The notes: a model not told the origin generated them from the sequence alone. Positions 49,503-60,002 are shown, counted from the first letter of the stretch. The stretch: DNA of 64,000 nucleotides from an uncultured Nitrososphaerota archaeon (GCA_964618805.1 CAZUBM010000004.1:1-64000); one strand, 5' to 3'. Translations and numbers: made by a program.

Positions 49503-51020
49503 TTAGTCCCCGCTTATTGGTATTGTAACTACGAGCCAATCGTCATCGTCCAGAATATAAGGCTTGCACTCCGTCCAAACATATGGATCGACCAAAGAAT
49601 CTTTTATGAGGCCTTCACAGAAAGGCACATAGATCCTATGGGTCTTAACTATCCAAAGCTTGCTTGCTTGAAACTGAAGGAGGAATCCAACTTCATCCCA
49701 AGGAACTATATCGTCTCCAACCTCATTAACATCCGTTAAATTAAGGGAATGGTCTGTCTGTGGGCCATAATCGATCCTGAGATCTATCCTGGCCCACTCA
49801 GTGGTCAGGGAAAATTCAGGTATGTAGAAATTGATGGTAGTTGGATTTCCGTCGGGGCCGGGGGATATACTGAAGGACCCACTCCTTTCGATACTGAGGT
49901 TTAACCTTACCAAACTAGTGCCAAGAAGTACCCTTCCACTATACTCAAAAATGACAAGCTCGAACCGTCCATCTGGTTCTATAGTCTCGATCTGTAGGAA
50001 GGCCTCTCCATTGGTCCAAGGAATTGGAACAAGCTCGTCCTTCTTGAGCACAGCTCCTTCCACAAATACCGTGAAGTTAGAAAAGAGCGGGTTGTAACGC
50101 ACTGATGCCCATGTCCAAGGTCCTGGGGCTTCTAGAGAGTAAGAATAGGAGCTAGAGTATACTCCAAGAAATATGGAGACGTTCTCTCCTAATCCTATGC
50201 TCCTTGATTGATTAACGTTCTTCTCGAGGTAAAACGCGTTGTATTTTCCGTTAAGAGGGAACTCATTGTCGTTGGCTCCTCTAATTATGTACCATCCAGT
50301 ATCGTTCTGAGTTATTACCCAAACCCTCGTTACACCAGAAGGAACATCTCCTTCTCTCGTTATGTTCAAGAAGGAGATTTCAGGTGGAGCAGGAGGAGGT
50401 CTGTATATCTTATAATCCCTTAATGAGAGTGGAAGGCCATATCTGTTGAGCACAACTACCGCCCAATAGTCTTTACTATCCCCAAGCTCAACAAGCTCTA
50501 TAGCTGAAGCGTAAGTAGCATATCTGTTTGTTCCAGCGACGTAAATTAGGGTATAGTTCTCGTTCCAGGGATTTGGCATAGCTCCAACTATTCCAACCTC
50601 CAAGTTACCACCCCATGTCCCTCCTGGTGAGAAATCGAGCTTGAAGTACCAACCATCTTCACCTTTGAAAAAGAGAAACATTGAAGTCTCATTAACTGTT
50701 TTAGAAAGCGTGTTAGCAACAGGTCCACCTACAACAATGAGATGATTGCCCCTAAGATCGGATTGTGTCACTCTGCTCGCGTTTAATATCGTGACATCCC
50801 CTCCAAAGGAGGTTATGTAATCTGAAATGAGTTCTGCTGCTTCAACATCCATGTGTGCTGCATTTTCTCCATAAACAATGAGCGTCTTTGGCCCTTCTTT
50901 GGTCATAAGAACTGTTTTTAGAGGACAAAATGGTCTAAGATTCTCTTCAACTCCTCTAACTTTATGAAGAATCGTTATTGATAGTATAATTAACACAAAT
51001 AGTAAGAAGGTCCTTCTCAT
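49503..51020 (-). CDS. Secreted protein with an S-layer-type domain
   Basis: Signal peptide from ATG 51020; IVYGENAAHMDVEAA, LIVVGGPVAN and YVAGTNRYAT match archaeal S-layer N/C-terminal domain motifs. Confidence 0.7.
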   Translation of the reverse strand: MRRTFLLFVLIILSITILHKVRGVEENLRPFCPLKTVLMTKEGPKTLIVYGENAAHMDVEAAELISDYITSFGGDVTILNASRVTQSDLRGNHLIVVGGPVANTLSKTVNETSMFLFFKGEDGWYFKLDFSPGGTWGGNLEVGIVGAMPNPWNENYTLIYVAGTNRYATYASAIELVELGDSKDYWAVVVLNRYGLPLSLRDYKIYRPPPAPPEISFLNITREGDVPSGVTRVWVITQNDTGWYIIRGANDNEFPLNGKYNAFYLEKNVNQSRSIGLGENVSIFLGVYSSSYSYSLEAPGPWTWASVRYNPLFSNFTVFVEGAVLKKDELVPIPWTNGEAFLQIETIEPDGRFELVIFEYSGRVLLGTSLVRLNLSIERSGSFSISPGPDGNPTTINFYIPEFSLTTEWARIDLRIDYGPQTDHSLNLTDVNEVGDDIVPWDEVGFLLQFQASKLWIVKTHRIYVPFCEGLIKDSLVDPYVWTECKPYILDDDDWLVVTIPISGD

Positions 51021-51207
51021 CGCATGGACTAGGAAATAGCATCTGATATATTTGGAGTGTAAGTTAACCAACTCTCTTCTAAAAGTTAATCATCGTACTC
51101 CTGATAATTTATTTTATCAGTAACCCCAGGGCATATCATAGAGGCCCAACTCTCAATCTGGGGTGGTATCATCATCTAAGTAAGGAGAAATATCGATCAT
51201 ATTAAAA

Positions 51208-51945
51208 CTAAGAGGTCTCCCATTTCCTCGACTTCATGCCTCTTCTTATTAAACCATCTCTTATGGCTCTTGCAATTATACTAGCCGCAGCAACTTCAAG
51301 ATATCTTCTATCTGCCTCATTTTCCAATATCAATCTTGCTCTTACCTTCTTAGTTAGAGGTTCTAGCTTTTCTCTAAGTTTTCTCTCATCAAAAGAATCA
51401 ACTATCACCACATCAATTCTTTTTAAAGAGGAAATCACACTTTCTAGAGCTTGAGCATGCCACATAGCTAGCAATTCGTTTAGATTACCCCTTTTCCAAA
51501 TTCTCTTGAACTCAGTAGGGGAAACGACAACAGTTCCTATTGCAAGGGCTGCCTCTCTCATCTTATTTGCAATTTCCATCAATCTCTCTTTTTTTGCTAT
51601 TTTGCTTTCGACGAGTCCAGCTGAAACAGCCTTGCTCCTGCCTTCATCATCCAGAGCTACGGCACACACAACAAGGGGACCTTCTGCCTCTCCTTTACCC
51701 ACTTCATCAATGCCCACTCTAATTCCTAAGCCCTTAAACATCTTAGAGACAATATCCGCTAGGCCTTCGTTGAAAACTACGGTACCTGTCGAATACGCTA
51801 TTAATAACTTGTCCTCAAATCTCACCCTGTATTCCTCGTACTCATTCTTTTTCTGAATCTCTTGACCTCCTAATTTTAATAGGAGCTCTTTGAGCTCTTC
51901 AAGTTTTTCATGAGGAAGCACTACGCTTAACTGCTTTTTTACCAA
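51208..51945 (-). CDS. Type 2 ribonuclease H, RNase HIII-like (N-terminal TBP-like domain)
   Basis: N-terminal YEEYRV...LIAYSTGTVVF, then VGIDEVGKGE..GPLVVCAV and EADRRYLEVAAASIIAR. Confidence 0.75.
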   Translation of the reverse strand: MVKKQLSVVLPHEKLEELKELLLKLGGQEIQKKNEYEEYRVRFEDKLLIAYSTGTVVFNEGLADIVSKMFKGLGIRVGIDEVGKGEAEGPLVVCAVALDDEGRSKAVSAGLVESKIAKKERLMEIANKMREAALAIGTVVVSPTEFKRIWKRGNLNELLAMWHAQALESVISSLKRIDVVIVDSFDERKLREKLEPLTKKVRARLILENEADRRYLEVAAASIIARAIRDGLIRRGMKSRKWETS

Positions 51946-53203
51946 TTAACCACCCTATAATAGCAGTAAACATGAGGAAACTTAGAGCAAGAACGACCTT
52001 GATGTTAAATTTAGCCCTTTTCACAAGAATTGTGAATTTGAAGGACTTGCTGACTTGATCATGGGGATACTCGTTGTTCCAGTAAACTCTGAAAAATATC
52101 GTTTCGTTTCCAGCACCACATACTGGCAAGATCATTTCAACATTTTTGAATTCTCCTGGTTTAAGATTTCCTACTTCTACAACTGCTTTTTCTTCACCTA
52201 GTTTACCTAAAATGATGACTCTCTTAGCCATAAAGGAGCCTATGTTCACGACCTCTATGTTTAAACGAAGTTCGCTACCATTAACGGCTTCTGATGGTAC
52301 ATCTACAGAAATATTAACCTCTGTTTTCTTTATCACTGTTATATTTGTGCTAGTCTCTATTACTTTCCTTCTGTCTAATACCCAAAACTCAAGCTCAGCC
52401 CTTATCTCATGAATACCGCCAGGCGTCTTCTCATCAATTTCAATGTATACTGGCCTTGGAAACCTGACGGAGCGTCCTGGTCTCAAAAAAGATCTGCCAA
52501 ATATGTCTACAAGCGGTATTATTTGAGGTTTGTTTGGGGACGGGGGAATTATCCTGAGAGTTAAGTTTGTTATGTTAAATGGGGGTACTGGCTCTACATG
52601 CATTATAGTAACCACGACTCCTACAGTATGAGGGGGATCTATCTCTTTAGGCTCAGCTTTTATTGAAAAAATGGGTCCAAAGGTTCTAATTTTAATCTCT
52701 TCCGATGCCGAATAATCTACAGGATACAACTCATTGCCTTCCTCATCTATCTCTCTTGCTAAAGCGGTAACGCGTATGTTGTAAGTCCCTATCTCACAAT
52801 CAAGGGAAACATGAACACTTGCTATCAGATTAAGGTTTCCTATATCTCCACTAGCCCTAACCATGACATTTAACCCGTTGATCTCTTTGGTTATGGTTCC
52901 ATTGCCAGTTACATCCAAACTTTTTATGTTACAATTCATACTGGGCGGTATTTCGATGGAAATATTGATCTCTCTCATTTTTCTCTTTGTAGTAACGATT
53001 CCTCCAGTTGGTGATGTAAAGAACTTTGAAACGTTGTACCTTATCTCAAATTCTCCCCCCTGCATCACCACGTCGGGACTTACATCAAGCCATGCGTAAT
53101 GACACTCAACTCTCCCTATCCTCATGTAAGCTGGGAGAAGCAAAAGAGCGATTAGAACTATAATTCCCTTCGATTTCATCCAAATGGAAATTCTAGACCT
53201 CAA
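51908..53203 (-). CDS. Membrane-anchored surface protein with Ig/CARDB-like domains
   Basis: Signal peptide, VVNIGS...VGNLKPGE CARDB motif, C-terminal TM. Confidence 0.7.
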   Translation of the reverse strand: MRSRISIWMKSKGIIVLIALLLLPAYMRIGRVECHYAWLDVSPDVVMQGGEFEIRYNVSKFFTSPTGGIVTTKRKMREINISIEIPPSMNCNIKSLDVTGNGTITKEINGLNVMVRASGDIGNLNLIASVHVSLDCEIGTYNIRVTALAREIDEEGNELYPVDYSASEEIKIRTFGPIFSIKAEPKEIDPPHTVGVVVTIMHVEPVPPFNITNLTLRIIPPSPNKPQIIPLVDIFGRSFLRPGRSVRFPRPVYIEIDEKTPGGIHEIRAELEFWVLDRRKVIETSTNITVIKKTEVNISVDVPSEAVNGSELRLNIEVVNIGSFMAKRVIILGKLGEEKAVVEVGNLKPGEFKNVEMILPVCGAGNETIFFRVYWNNEYPHDQVSKSFKFTILVKRAKFNIKVVLALSFLMFTAIIGWLIGKKAVKRSASS

Positions 53204-53260
53204 TTTATAGTTTACTTAAGGTAAACAGCGAAAATCAGATGTTATAGAGCTAAATAAACC

Positions 53261-53291
53261 TAGTAACACCAAAATATTAAAATAGTAACAC
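53261..53291 (+). promoter_or_regulatory. TAGTAACAC direct repeat (22-bp period) upstream of the metal ABC operon
   Basis: Copies at 53261-53269 and 53283-53291, bracketing an AT-rich TATA-like segment. Confidence 0.45.
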
Positions 53292-53306
53292 TTTTATTTT
53301 AGCTCC

Positions 53307-54266
53307 TTGAGAACTCCAACTGTGAGCAGAAGCACTCTTGTCCTAGCTACCATTTGTTTAGCGCTATTATTAGTTATTCCTGTCAAGATTGATGCTGAAA
53401 AAACCAAACCTACAGTAATCTGTACCACTAGCGTTCTAGGAAGCATAGTAAAGGATCTTGCTGGCGATAAAGTTGAAGTGATCATAATAGTTAGCACATC
53501 TACCTGCCCAGCCCACTATGATGTGAGCCCAAGCGATGTAGAGGCTGTAATGAAAGCAAGCTTGATACTCTATCATGGGATGGAGGCATGGCTAAGCAAA
53601 TTGGTCGAGACTTCGGGGTCAAAAGCGACCCTTGTCAAGATCTCAGGGCCTTGGAACACTCCAGAAGGAGCCTCAAATTATTACATTCGTGTGGCAAGTA
53701 CTCTGGATGAGAACTTGGGTCTTAACACATCAGAAAGACTCCAGAAATGCCTTGAAAGCATAAACGTGACCGCAGAGCGCCTTAGAGCAGAAGCTGAGGA
53801 GAGAGAGGTGGATGAAGTTAAGGTAATCTGCATGACATGGCAAAAGCCTTTTGTCTCATGGCTTGGTTTCAATGTGATAGCCGAGTTTGGACCTCCAGAA
53901 AAGCTTTCGTCAGCTGATGTAGCTGAATTAGTGGAAATTGGTCAAAAAGAGGGAGCAATGCTCGTTATAAGCAATCTTCAGAGCGGAATAGGGTATGGAA
54001 AGTACATAGCAGATAGCATAGGGGCCATTCACGTCGTCCTCACAAACTTCCCCGATCCTGAAGAAGGACTCTTTAACCTATCAAATGTCTTTACGCACAA
54101 TGCTGAGGCCCTTTTCAATGCCATTGAGGAATATAAGTCGATAGAGGAGATGAAAGCTTTGCAAAGGTCTTTGCACCTCCATAAGATGCTGTCATATTCG
54201 CTTGCAATCATAGCCGCAGCAGAAGCAGCAATCCTGATTTATCTTCTTTCAGCTAGGAGGAGGTAA
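53307..54266 (+). CDS. Metal ABC transporter substrate-binding protein (ZnuA/TroA cluster), C-terminally anchored
   Basis: VICTTSVLGSIVKDLAGD, CPAHYDVSPSD, ILYHGME; C-terminal TM. Confidence 0.85.
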   Translation: MRTPTVSRSTLVLATICLALLLVIPVKIDAEKTKPTVICTTSVLGSIVKDLAGDKVEVIIIVSTSTCPAHYDVSPSDVEAVMKASLILYHGMEAWLSKLVETSGSKATLVKISGPWNTPEGASNYYIRVASTLDENLGLNTSERLQKCLESINVTAERLRAEAEEREVDEVKVICMTWQKPFVSWLGFNVIAEFGPPEKLSSADVAELVEIGQKEGAMLVISNLQSGIGYGKYIADSIGAIHVVLTNFPDPEEGLFNLSNVFTHNAEALFNAIEEYKSIEEMKALQRSLHLHKMLSYSLAIIAAAEAAILIYLLSARRR

Positions 54267-54268
54267 GT

Positions 54269-54667
54269 TTGTTAACCCTTGAGGAAGCAGCTTCTTTCCA
54301 CGGACACCTAGGTCCTTTCCTTACAATAGGATACCTTGCGGGAAAGATGGCCACAGAACTCTTGAAACCAAGGGACATACATGATATGAAGGCTATCGTT
54401 AGTTTGCCATTGAAAACTCCTTTCTCATGCATAATCGATGGAGTACAATGCTCCTCAAGATGTACCCTTGGAAAACTCAACATAAAGGTAAGGAACTCTG
54501 AAAAAGTGACTATTATATTTGAGAATAGAGATGGAGGGAGGATAGAGCTTCAGGTTAAAGAAGATGTAATAGAAAGATGTCTCACCCTTAGCATGGAGGA
54601 AGCTGTGAAGTGGCTGTTAAGTCTGAAACGAGAGGAGATCTTCAAAGCGAACTTGCAATTAAGCTAG
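54269..54667 (+). CDS. FmdE-family protein
   Basis: FHGHLGPFLTIG and SCIIDGVQCSSRCTLGK. Confidence 0.88.
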   Translation: MLTLEEAASFHGHLGPFLTIGYLAGKMATELLKPRDIHDMKAIVSLPLKTPFSCIIDGVQCSSRCTLGKLNIKVRNSEKVTIIFENRDGGRIELQVKEDVIERCLTLSMEEAVKWLLSLKREEIFKANLQLS

Positions 54668-55326
54668 TCAACGTCTCAACATATTACTCTGGGGAAACTA
54701 AGCCAGCAATAAGGGACATATCCTTAGAAATCCGTGCTGGAGATCTCGTCCTCATATCTGGACCTAACGGCGCAGGGAAGACCACGCTTCTCGAGACAAT
54801 CCTTGGACTCCTCAAACCTAAGAAGGGAAGAATCCTATTGCTAGGCCACGAAATACCAAAAGAGGCTTCCTTAGTTAGAAAAATGTGTAGCTATCTCCCC
54901 CAAGACTTTATGAAACCTGCTGGAGAGCCCTTTTCAGTAAAGGAAGTTGTGGCAATGGGCCTATCTCCTATAAGGCCCCTTGGTAAGCTTAATTCAGCTG
55001 ATTGGGAAGCAGTATACGATGCCTTGGAGATTCTTGGTGTCAAAGACCTAGCTGAAAGGCCTTTCGGAAGGCTTAGCGGGGGACAGCAACAGAAGGTCAT
55101 GCTTGCTAGGGCCCTTATAAGAAAACCTAAGGTGTTGTTCTTGGACGAACCTTTTAGCTCCTTGGACAGGGAGTCAAGGGCATATCTATCCGAAGAAGTC
55201 CTTCCAGAACTTGTAAAAAAAGGGACCACTGTGCTCTTAGTAAGTCACGATGTAACTTTCAAGCCATCGGACTGCAGCATGATAGTTCACATGAAGGATG
55301 GGGTTATAGTTAAGGTGGAGGGATGA
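54610..55326 (+). CDS. Metal ABC transporter ATP-binding protein (ZnuC-like)
   Basis: GPNGAGKTT, YLPQ, LSGGQQQK, FLDEP, VSHD. Confidence 0.92.
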   Translation: MAVKSETRGDLQSELAIKLVNVSTYYSGETKPAIRDISLEIRAGDLVLISGPNGAGKTTLLETILGLLKPKKGRILLLGHEIPKEASLVRKMCSYLPQDFMKPAGEPFSVKEVVAMGLSPIRPLGKLNSADWEAVYDALEILGVKDLAERPFGRLSGGQQQKVMLARALIRKPKVLFLDEPFSSLDRESRAYLSEEVLPELVKKGTTVLLVSHDVTFKPSDCSMIVHMKDGVIVKVEG

Positions 55327-55329
55327 ATC

Positions 55330-56151
55330 TTGCTACCCTTAATTCTCACAGCAACTATTGCTGGGGCATTGGCAGGCTCATTATGTGGATGTACGGGCGT
55401 TCTATGCGATAGATTGGGCCTAAGGACCGTTGCTTTTGCTGTTGCACATGCCGCTTTAGCTGGGGCTGCTCTCAGCTTTCTAGTAGGCGTAAGCTCCATA
55501 GTTCTCGGGATGATCTTTGCCCTACTTACAGCACTTATCCTAGGACCTTTAGCTGATACCTTTGAGATACCTATAGACATGGTTTCAATGACCCTTTTCT
55601 CCCTTTACAACGCTTTGACCTTTATCTTCCTAATTCTGTCGCCTGGCATCGTCTTAGCGGCTGAGAAGGTCAGCCAAGTGTTATGGGGAAGCGTGCTTGC
55701 GGTTACCCCAGATTACCTAATAATCCTGTTCACAATAGCCATCCTCTATGCTCTATTTCTGGTTACCCTTTGGCACAGGATAGCCCCAATACTATTTGAT
55801 AAGAGATTGGCAGAAGCAGAGGGCATAAACGTTAGGGCATATACTTATGCCCTAATTGCCCTTACTGGTCTGGTTGTAGTCCTCACTTTACGGATCACAG
55901 GAGGCTTTTTGGTCTTCTCTTTGGTTTATATACCAGCTTCTAGTGCTTTGCAGCTTTCTGAAAATATGAAAAGGATAGTAGCACTCTCAGCCATACTTGG
56001 TCTTACATCAGCGATTGCTGGAGTCTACGTTAGCTTTCTTGCAGATCTCCCAGTTGGCTCAAGCATCGTGATATGCGCAGCAGGTATACTGCTCATCGCA
56101 AGTATTGCAGGATACTTCCGCAGGAAATCGCTGATTAAGTTTGTCAGTTAG
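55330..56151 (+). CDS. Metal ABC transporter permease (ZnuB/ABC-3)
   Basis: AVAHAALAG, LWGSVL, FDKRLAEAEG; multiple TM helices. Confidence 0.9.
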   Translation: MLPLILTATIAGALAGSLCGCTGVLCDRLGLRTVAFAVAHAALAGAALSFLVGVSSIVLGMIFALLTALILGPLADTFEIPIDMVSMTLFSLYNALTFIFLILSPGIVLAAEKVSQVLWGSVLAVTPDYLIILFTIAILYALFLVTLWHRIAPILFDKRLAEAEGINVRAYTYALIALTGLVVVLTLRITGGFLVFSLVYIPASSALQLSENMKRIVALSAILGLTSAIAGVYVSFLADLPVGSSIVICAAGILLIASIAGYFRRKSLIKFVS

Positions 56152-56264
56152 GATGAAGTCTGTGCAACTAGCACTAAAGTTTAAGGATCGATTAAGGAGC
56201 TCTCTTTATTGTTAGAATAAATGGTTCCTCAACATTAATTATGGGAGCTAGGGGGTATTATTAA

Positions 56265-56996
56265 ATGGAAGCGATAAAGGCCAGAGGTCTAACGAAGATA
56301 TTCGGGGATCTGGTGGCAGTTGATCACATAGACCTCGATATACCAAGCGGAGTGGTGTTTGGCTTACTTGGACCTAATGGTGCAGGAAAGACGACGACGT
56401 TCAGGATGATATATGGAGTTCTTAGGCCAACTGAAGGAAGAGTTTGGGTCTATGGACACGATGTCTCAAAAGAGCCTGTAAAGGCAAAGAACTTGATAGG
56501 AGTCCTTCCAGAGGATACTGGAATATATCCTAGACTGACAGCAGAAGAGAACCTCATATACTTCGGGAAACTGCATGGAATGCCTGAGACGGAACTAAAG
56601 AGGAAGATAGAAGAGTACCTCTCGATTTTAGAGCTGGAAGAAAAGAGAGATTTCATAGCAGAGAAGCTTAGCAAGGGACAGAGGAAAAAAGTGGCATTCA
56701 TAAGGGCAATATTGCATGATCCCCCTATCCTGCTTTTAGACGAGCCTACAAGCAGCGTAGATGTCGTTAGTGCCAGGGATATAAGGAATATGATTAAAGA
56801 TTATGCTAAGAAAGGAAATACAGTTGTCCTTGCCTCTCACAACATGCTTGAGGTTGAGCAGCTTTGTGACATAGTTTCCATCATGCATAGGGGCAAGATA
56901 ATCCACACAGGCTCTATAGATGAGATCAAGAGGCTAGAAGGAGTTAAGGAATTGGAAGATGTCTTTGTAAGGCTCGTTAGGGCGGAGGTCTTCTAA
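56265..56996 (+). CDS. ABC-2 exporter ATP-binding protein (NatA-like)
   Basis: GPNGAGKTT, LSKGQRKK, LLDEPT, ASHNM. Confidence 0.9.
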   Translation: MEAIKARGLTKIFGDLVAVDHIDLDIPSGVVFGLLGPNGAGKTTTFRMIYGVLRPTEGRVWVYGHDVSKEPVKAKNLIGVLPEDTGIYPRLTAEENLIYFGKLHGMPETELKRKIEEYLSILELEEKRDFIAEKLSKGQRKKVAFIRAILHDPPILLLDEPTSSVDVVSARDIRNMIKDYAKKGNTVVLASHNMLEVEQLCDIVSIMHRGKIIHTGSIDEIKRLEGVKELEDVFVRLVRAEVF

Positions 56997-56998
56997 AG

Positions 56999-58312
56999 AT
57001 GCTCTGGAGATGGAGGGGATCATCGGGAAAGGTCAAACTTACTAAGGCTCTAGGTCAAATAGGCTATGGAATAGACAACAAAATTCTACTAGTAGCTTGG
57101 AAGGAACTTACTGAAGCTCTTAGAGACAGAAGGACAATTCTCAATGTGATATTGCTTCCCATGATCCTGATGCCAATATCCATGGCTCTACCCCTCATGT
57201 TAATGGCTCCTGGAGGGGCCGTTCAACCCATTACCGTCATGGTTGTGAAGGATCTTCCATCAATAAGCCTCATAGAGGAAAGGATCCTTCCTAAAGCGAA
57301 AATAAATGCGACCGTAATATATTCAGATATAAACGCAACAAAATGGATCCTAGAAAATAAAGCAGACCTCGTTGTCTTGATCCCTGAGGGGTTCTACTCT
57401 AACCTAAGTTCGAGCGGCTCTGCTACCGCCTTCATCTACTACGACCCGTTTAGCATGAAATCTGAGATGGCAATGACCCAACTTCAGCTTGTTTTCGGTG
57501 AGTTATCAAAGGAGGAGATAGAAAAAAGGCTTAAGGAAGTCAATCTGTCTCCAGAGTTTGCAAGACCAATTCAAATTGTTGGAAAGGAAGTTTCAAAGGT
57601 AGAAGCAACGCCAGCAGCCATAATAGGAGCTATGATCCTCCCAATGATGGTTGGAATCTTAGCAGTAACTGGAGCTGGAACATTTGCCCTTGACATGATA
57701 GCAGGTGAAAGGGAAAGAAAGACGATAGAAGCTCTTCTTACTGCTCCAATCACAAAGTTGAAGCTTCTAGTTGGTAAGTATGTTACTATGCTGGTTCTCT
57801 CAATTCTAAGCGGGGCCTCGATGCTGATCTCATTTCTCTTAGCCTCCTTCCTCATGGTAAACTACGCTATAGCTCCCTCCTTTCCCTCAACACTCCCATC
57901 TGGGGAAATTATGAACGTCTCATTTTCCTTAATGCCCTCCGGACTTAATCCATTGTTGTTCCTTCTAAGCCTAGCGTTTGCAATCGTGTTAGCAGGGCTT
58001 ACCGGCGATGCCCTTATAGTCGTAGGATCTTCATTTGCAAAGAGCTTTAAGGAGGCCCAGCAGTACACGGGCGTAGTGACCGCAGGATTCATAATTCCCT
58101 TAATATCTGTAGTTTACCTCCCTCCAAGGCTATTTTGGCCTTTCAGGATGTTGCCGATTACGAGCATTGCCCTCCTTGTAAGGGACGTTATGGTAAATCC
58201 GGGTGATAAGGCAGCAATAATGACGTCTTCGGCAGCTTCTATATTATATCTAGTGTTATTCCTTCTTTTAAGTGCCAAACTTTTCGGCAGGGAGGCAGTC
58301 GTTTTCGACTAA
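56999..58312 (+). CDS. ABC-2 exporter permease (NatB-like)
   Basis: KELTEALRDRRT, IAGERERKTIEALLTAP, AKSFKEAQ. Confidence 0.88.
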   Translation: MLWRWRGSSGKVKLTKALGQIGYGIDNKILLVAWKELTEALRDRRTILNVILLPMILMPISMALPLMLMAPGGAVQPITVMVVKDLPSISLIEERILPKAKINATVIYSDINATKWILENKADLVVLIPEGFYSNLSSSGSATAFIYYDPFSMKSEMAMTQLQLVFGELSKEEIEKRLKEVNLSPEFARPIQIVGKEVSKVEATPAAIIGAMILPMMVGILAVTGAGTFALDMIAGERERKTIEALLTAPITKLKLLVGKYVTMLVLSILSGASMLISFLLASFLMVNYAIAPSFPSTLPSGEIMNVSFSLMPSGLNPLLFLLSLAFAIVLAGLTGDALIVVGSSFAKSFKEAQQYTGVVTAGFIIPLISVVYLPPRLFWPFRMLPITSIALLVRDVMVNPGDKAAIMTSSAASILYLVLFLLLSAKLFGREAVVFD

Positions 58313-58347
58313 AGAATTATTATCTTGCTGTGCGATGCTCTTAGAGG

Positions 58348-59520
58348 ATGTGTCCATTAAACATAGTAATCGTTGGATCTGGTATAGGAGGGGTTGCTGC
58401 AGCTTGGAATGCGTCTAGATTTATCCCAGATGCAAGAGTAAAGCTAATTGGGGACGAAAACATCTATGTAAGGCATAAGATAAGGTACGTAGCCCATGGA
58501 CTCGACATTTCTCTAGACACAAGCCACTTGGAATCTAATGGGGTTGAGATAATAAGGGATAGGGCAATAAAGATAGATAGGAACGGAAGAACTCTTCTAA
58601 CCGAAAAATCCGGAGAGATCTCCTATGATTATCTGATACTTGCAACTGGGGCGGAGCCATCGAAGCCAAAAGTACCAGGAGGCGAGTTCGCCAGGGGATT
58701 TAGGAGGAAAGACGACGTAGAATATTTGGCAAGGGAAAGACCGGAGGAAGTAGCTATAGTAGGAGCAAGCTATGTTGCCTTGCACGCAGCTCAAACGTGC
58801 AAGGACCTTGGCTTACTTCCTTACGTGATAGTGAGGTCAAGGCTAATAAGGAAGTCCCTGGAGCCGGAGTTATCGGAAGAACTTGAGACTAAACTAAAGG
58901 ATAGAGGAATAAGATTTGTGCATGGGAAGCTTCAAAGAATTGAAGAGGATGGACCTGTGGTAGATGATACGAAGGTAAGGGCCGATCTTACAATAGCTGC
59001 TACAGGTGTAAAGCCAAACTCTAAACTGGCGAAGGAGGCGGGGCTTGAACTTTGGTGGAATAACATCAAAGTAGATCAACAAGGAAGGACCTCTGATCCA
59101 AAGATTTTTGCCATTGGCGATGTGAGCAATTGCTACAATCCTATAACTAAGAAGATCGATTACTTTGGATTGGGTACTGTAGCAACTATCATGGCTTATA
59201 ACAGCATCAAGGCCATAAAAGGCTCAAAAGGAGCCCTTAAAACACCAAGATATCAAAAAGATGTCTTCTTTAGGGACATTTATGTTAAATCAATTGGATT
59301 TACATCTCCAGAGGCAGAAAAAGCTGGATTTACACCGGATAGAAAGGAAATTAGGGAAGAGGGCGAAATTTCTTATTTGATTTATGATGAGCCATCTGGA
59401 AGGTTAATAGGATATTCCTCTATCTCAAATAAGGAATCAGGTCGCAAGGACCTCCTGATCCTGAAGGCAGTTCTGAGAGGAGCAAGGATTTCAGAAGTGT
59501 TGGAATCAATTCAAAGCTAA
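58348..59520 (+). CDS. FAD/NAD(P)-dependent oxidoreductase (NADH oxidase/CoADR-like fold)
   Basis: IVGSGIGG, YDYLILATG, TSDPKIFAIGD. Confidence 0.85.
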   Translation: MCPLNIVIVGSGIGGVAAAWNASRFIPDARVKLIGDENIYVRHKIRYVAHGLDISLDTSHLESNGVEIIRDRAIKIDRNGRTLLTEKSGEISYDYLILATGAEPSKPKVPGGEFARGFRRKDDVEYLARERPEEVAIVGASYVALHAAQTCKDLGLLPYVIVRSRLIRKSLEPELSEELETKLKDRGIRFVHGKLQRIEEDGPVVDDTKVRADLTIAATGVKPNSKLAKEAGLELWWNNIKVDQQGRTSDPKIFAIGDVSNCYNPITKKIDYFGLGTVATIMAYNSIKAIKGSKGALKTPRYQKDVFFRDIYVKSIGFTSPEAEKAGFTPDRKEIREEGEISYLIYDEPSGRLIGYSSISNKESGRKDLLILKAVLRGARISEVLESIQS

Positions 59521-60002
59521 GCAGAGCCTTCTAGGAATCCAACCTCCTTTGCCCTTTGTAACGCTCCAGCAACCATTTCGTATACGCCTAAAAGGGTTTC
59601 TCCTCTCTTCTCCAACTCCTTTATCTCATCTAGACTCATCCAACACCAATCATCATGCTCTTCAGGAGTTAGTACGGGATCTCCCTCTGCCTTAGAAACG
59701 TACAACGGTATCACGAACTGAACGGCAGACCTCTTGTTTCCATAGGTATATGAATAAGTATCTACTGCAATCATGTCCTTTGGATCTATGCAGAACCCTG
59801 TTTCCTCCCTCAGCTCTCTACAAGCTGCATTCCTGGGGCTCTCCCCAAACCTCATTCTACCACCTGGAAGCTCCCACTTCCCAGGATATCTCTTTCTAAA
59901 ACCTCTCCGGAGAATCAGAACCTTACCCTGCCCATTCAGGATAACAACGCAGGGTACCACCATTACTCTAGCCCTTGAATGATTTGCCCTCCTTTCCCTC
60001 AT
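59517..60002 (-). CDS. NUDIX hydrolase
   Basis: Nudix box WELPGGRMRFGESPRNAACRELREETG. Confidence 0.92.
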   Translation of the reverse strand: MRERRANHSRARVMVVPCVVILNGQGKVLILRRGFRKRYPGKWELPGGRMRFGESPRNAACRELREETGFCIDPKDMIAVDTYSYTYGNKRSAVQFVIPLYVSKAEGDPVLTPEEHDDWCWMSLDEIKELEKRGETLLGVYEMVAGALQRAKEVGFLEGSA

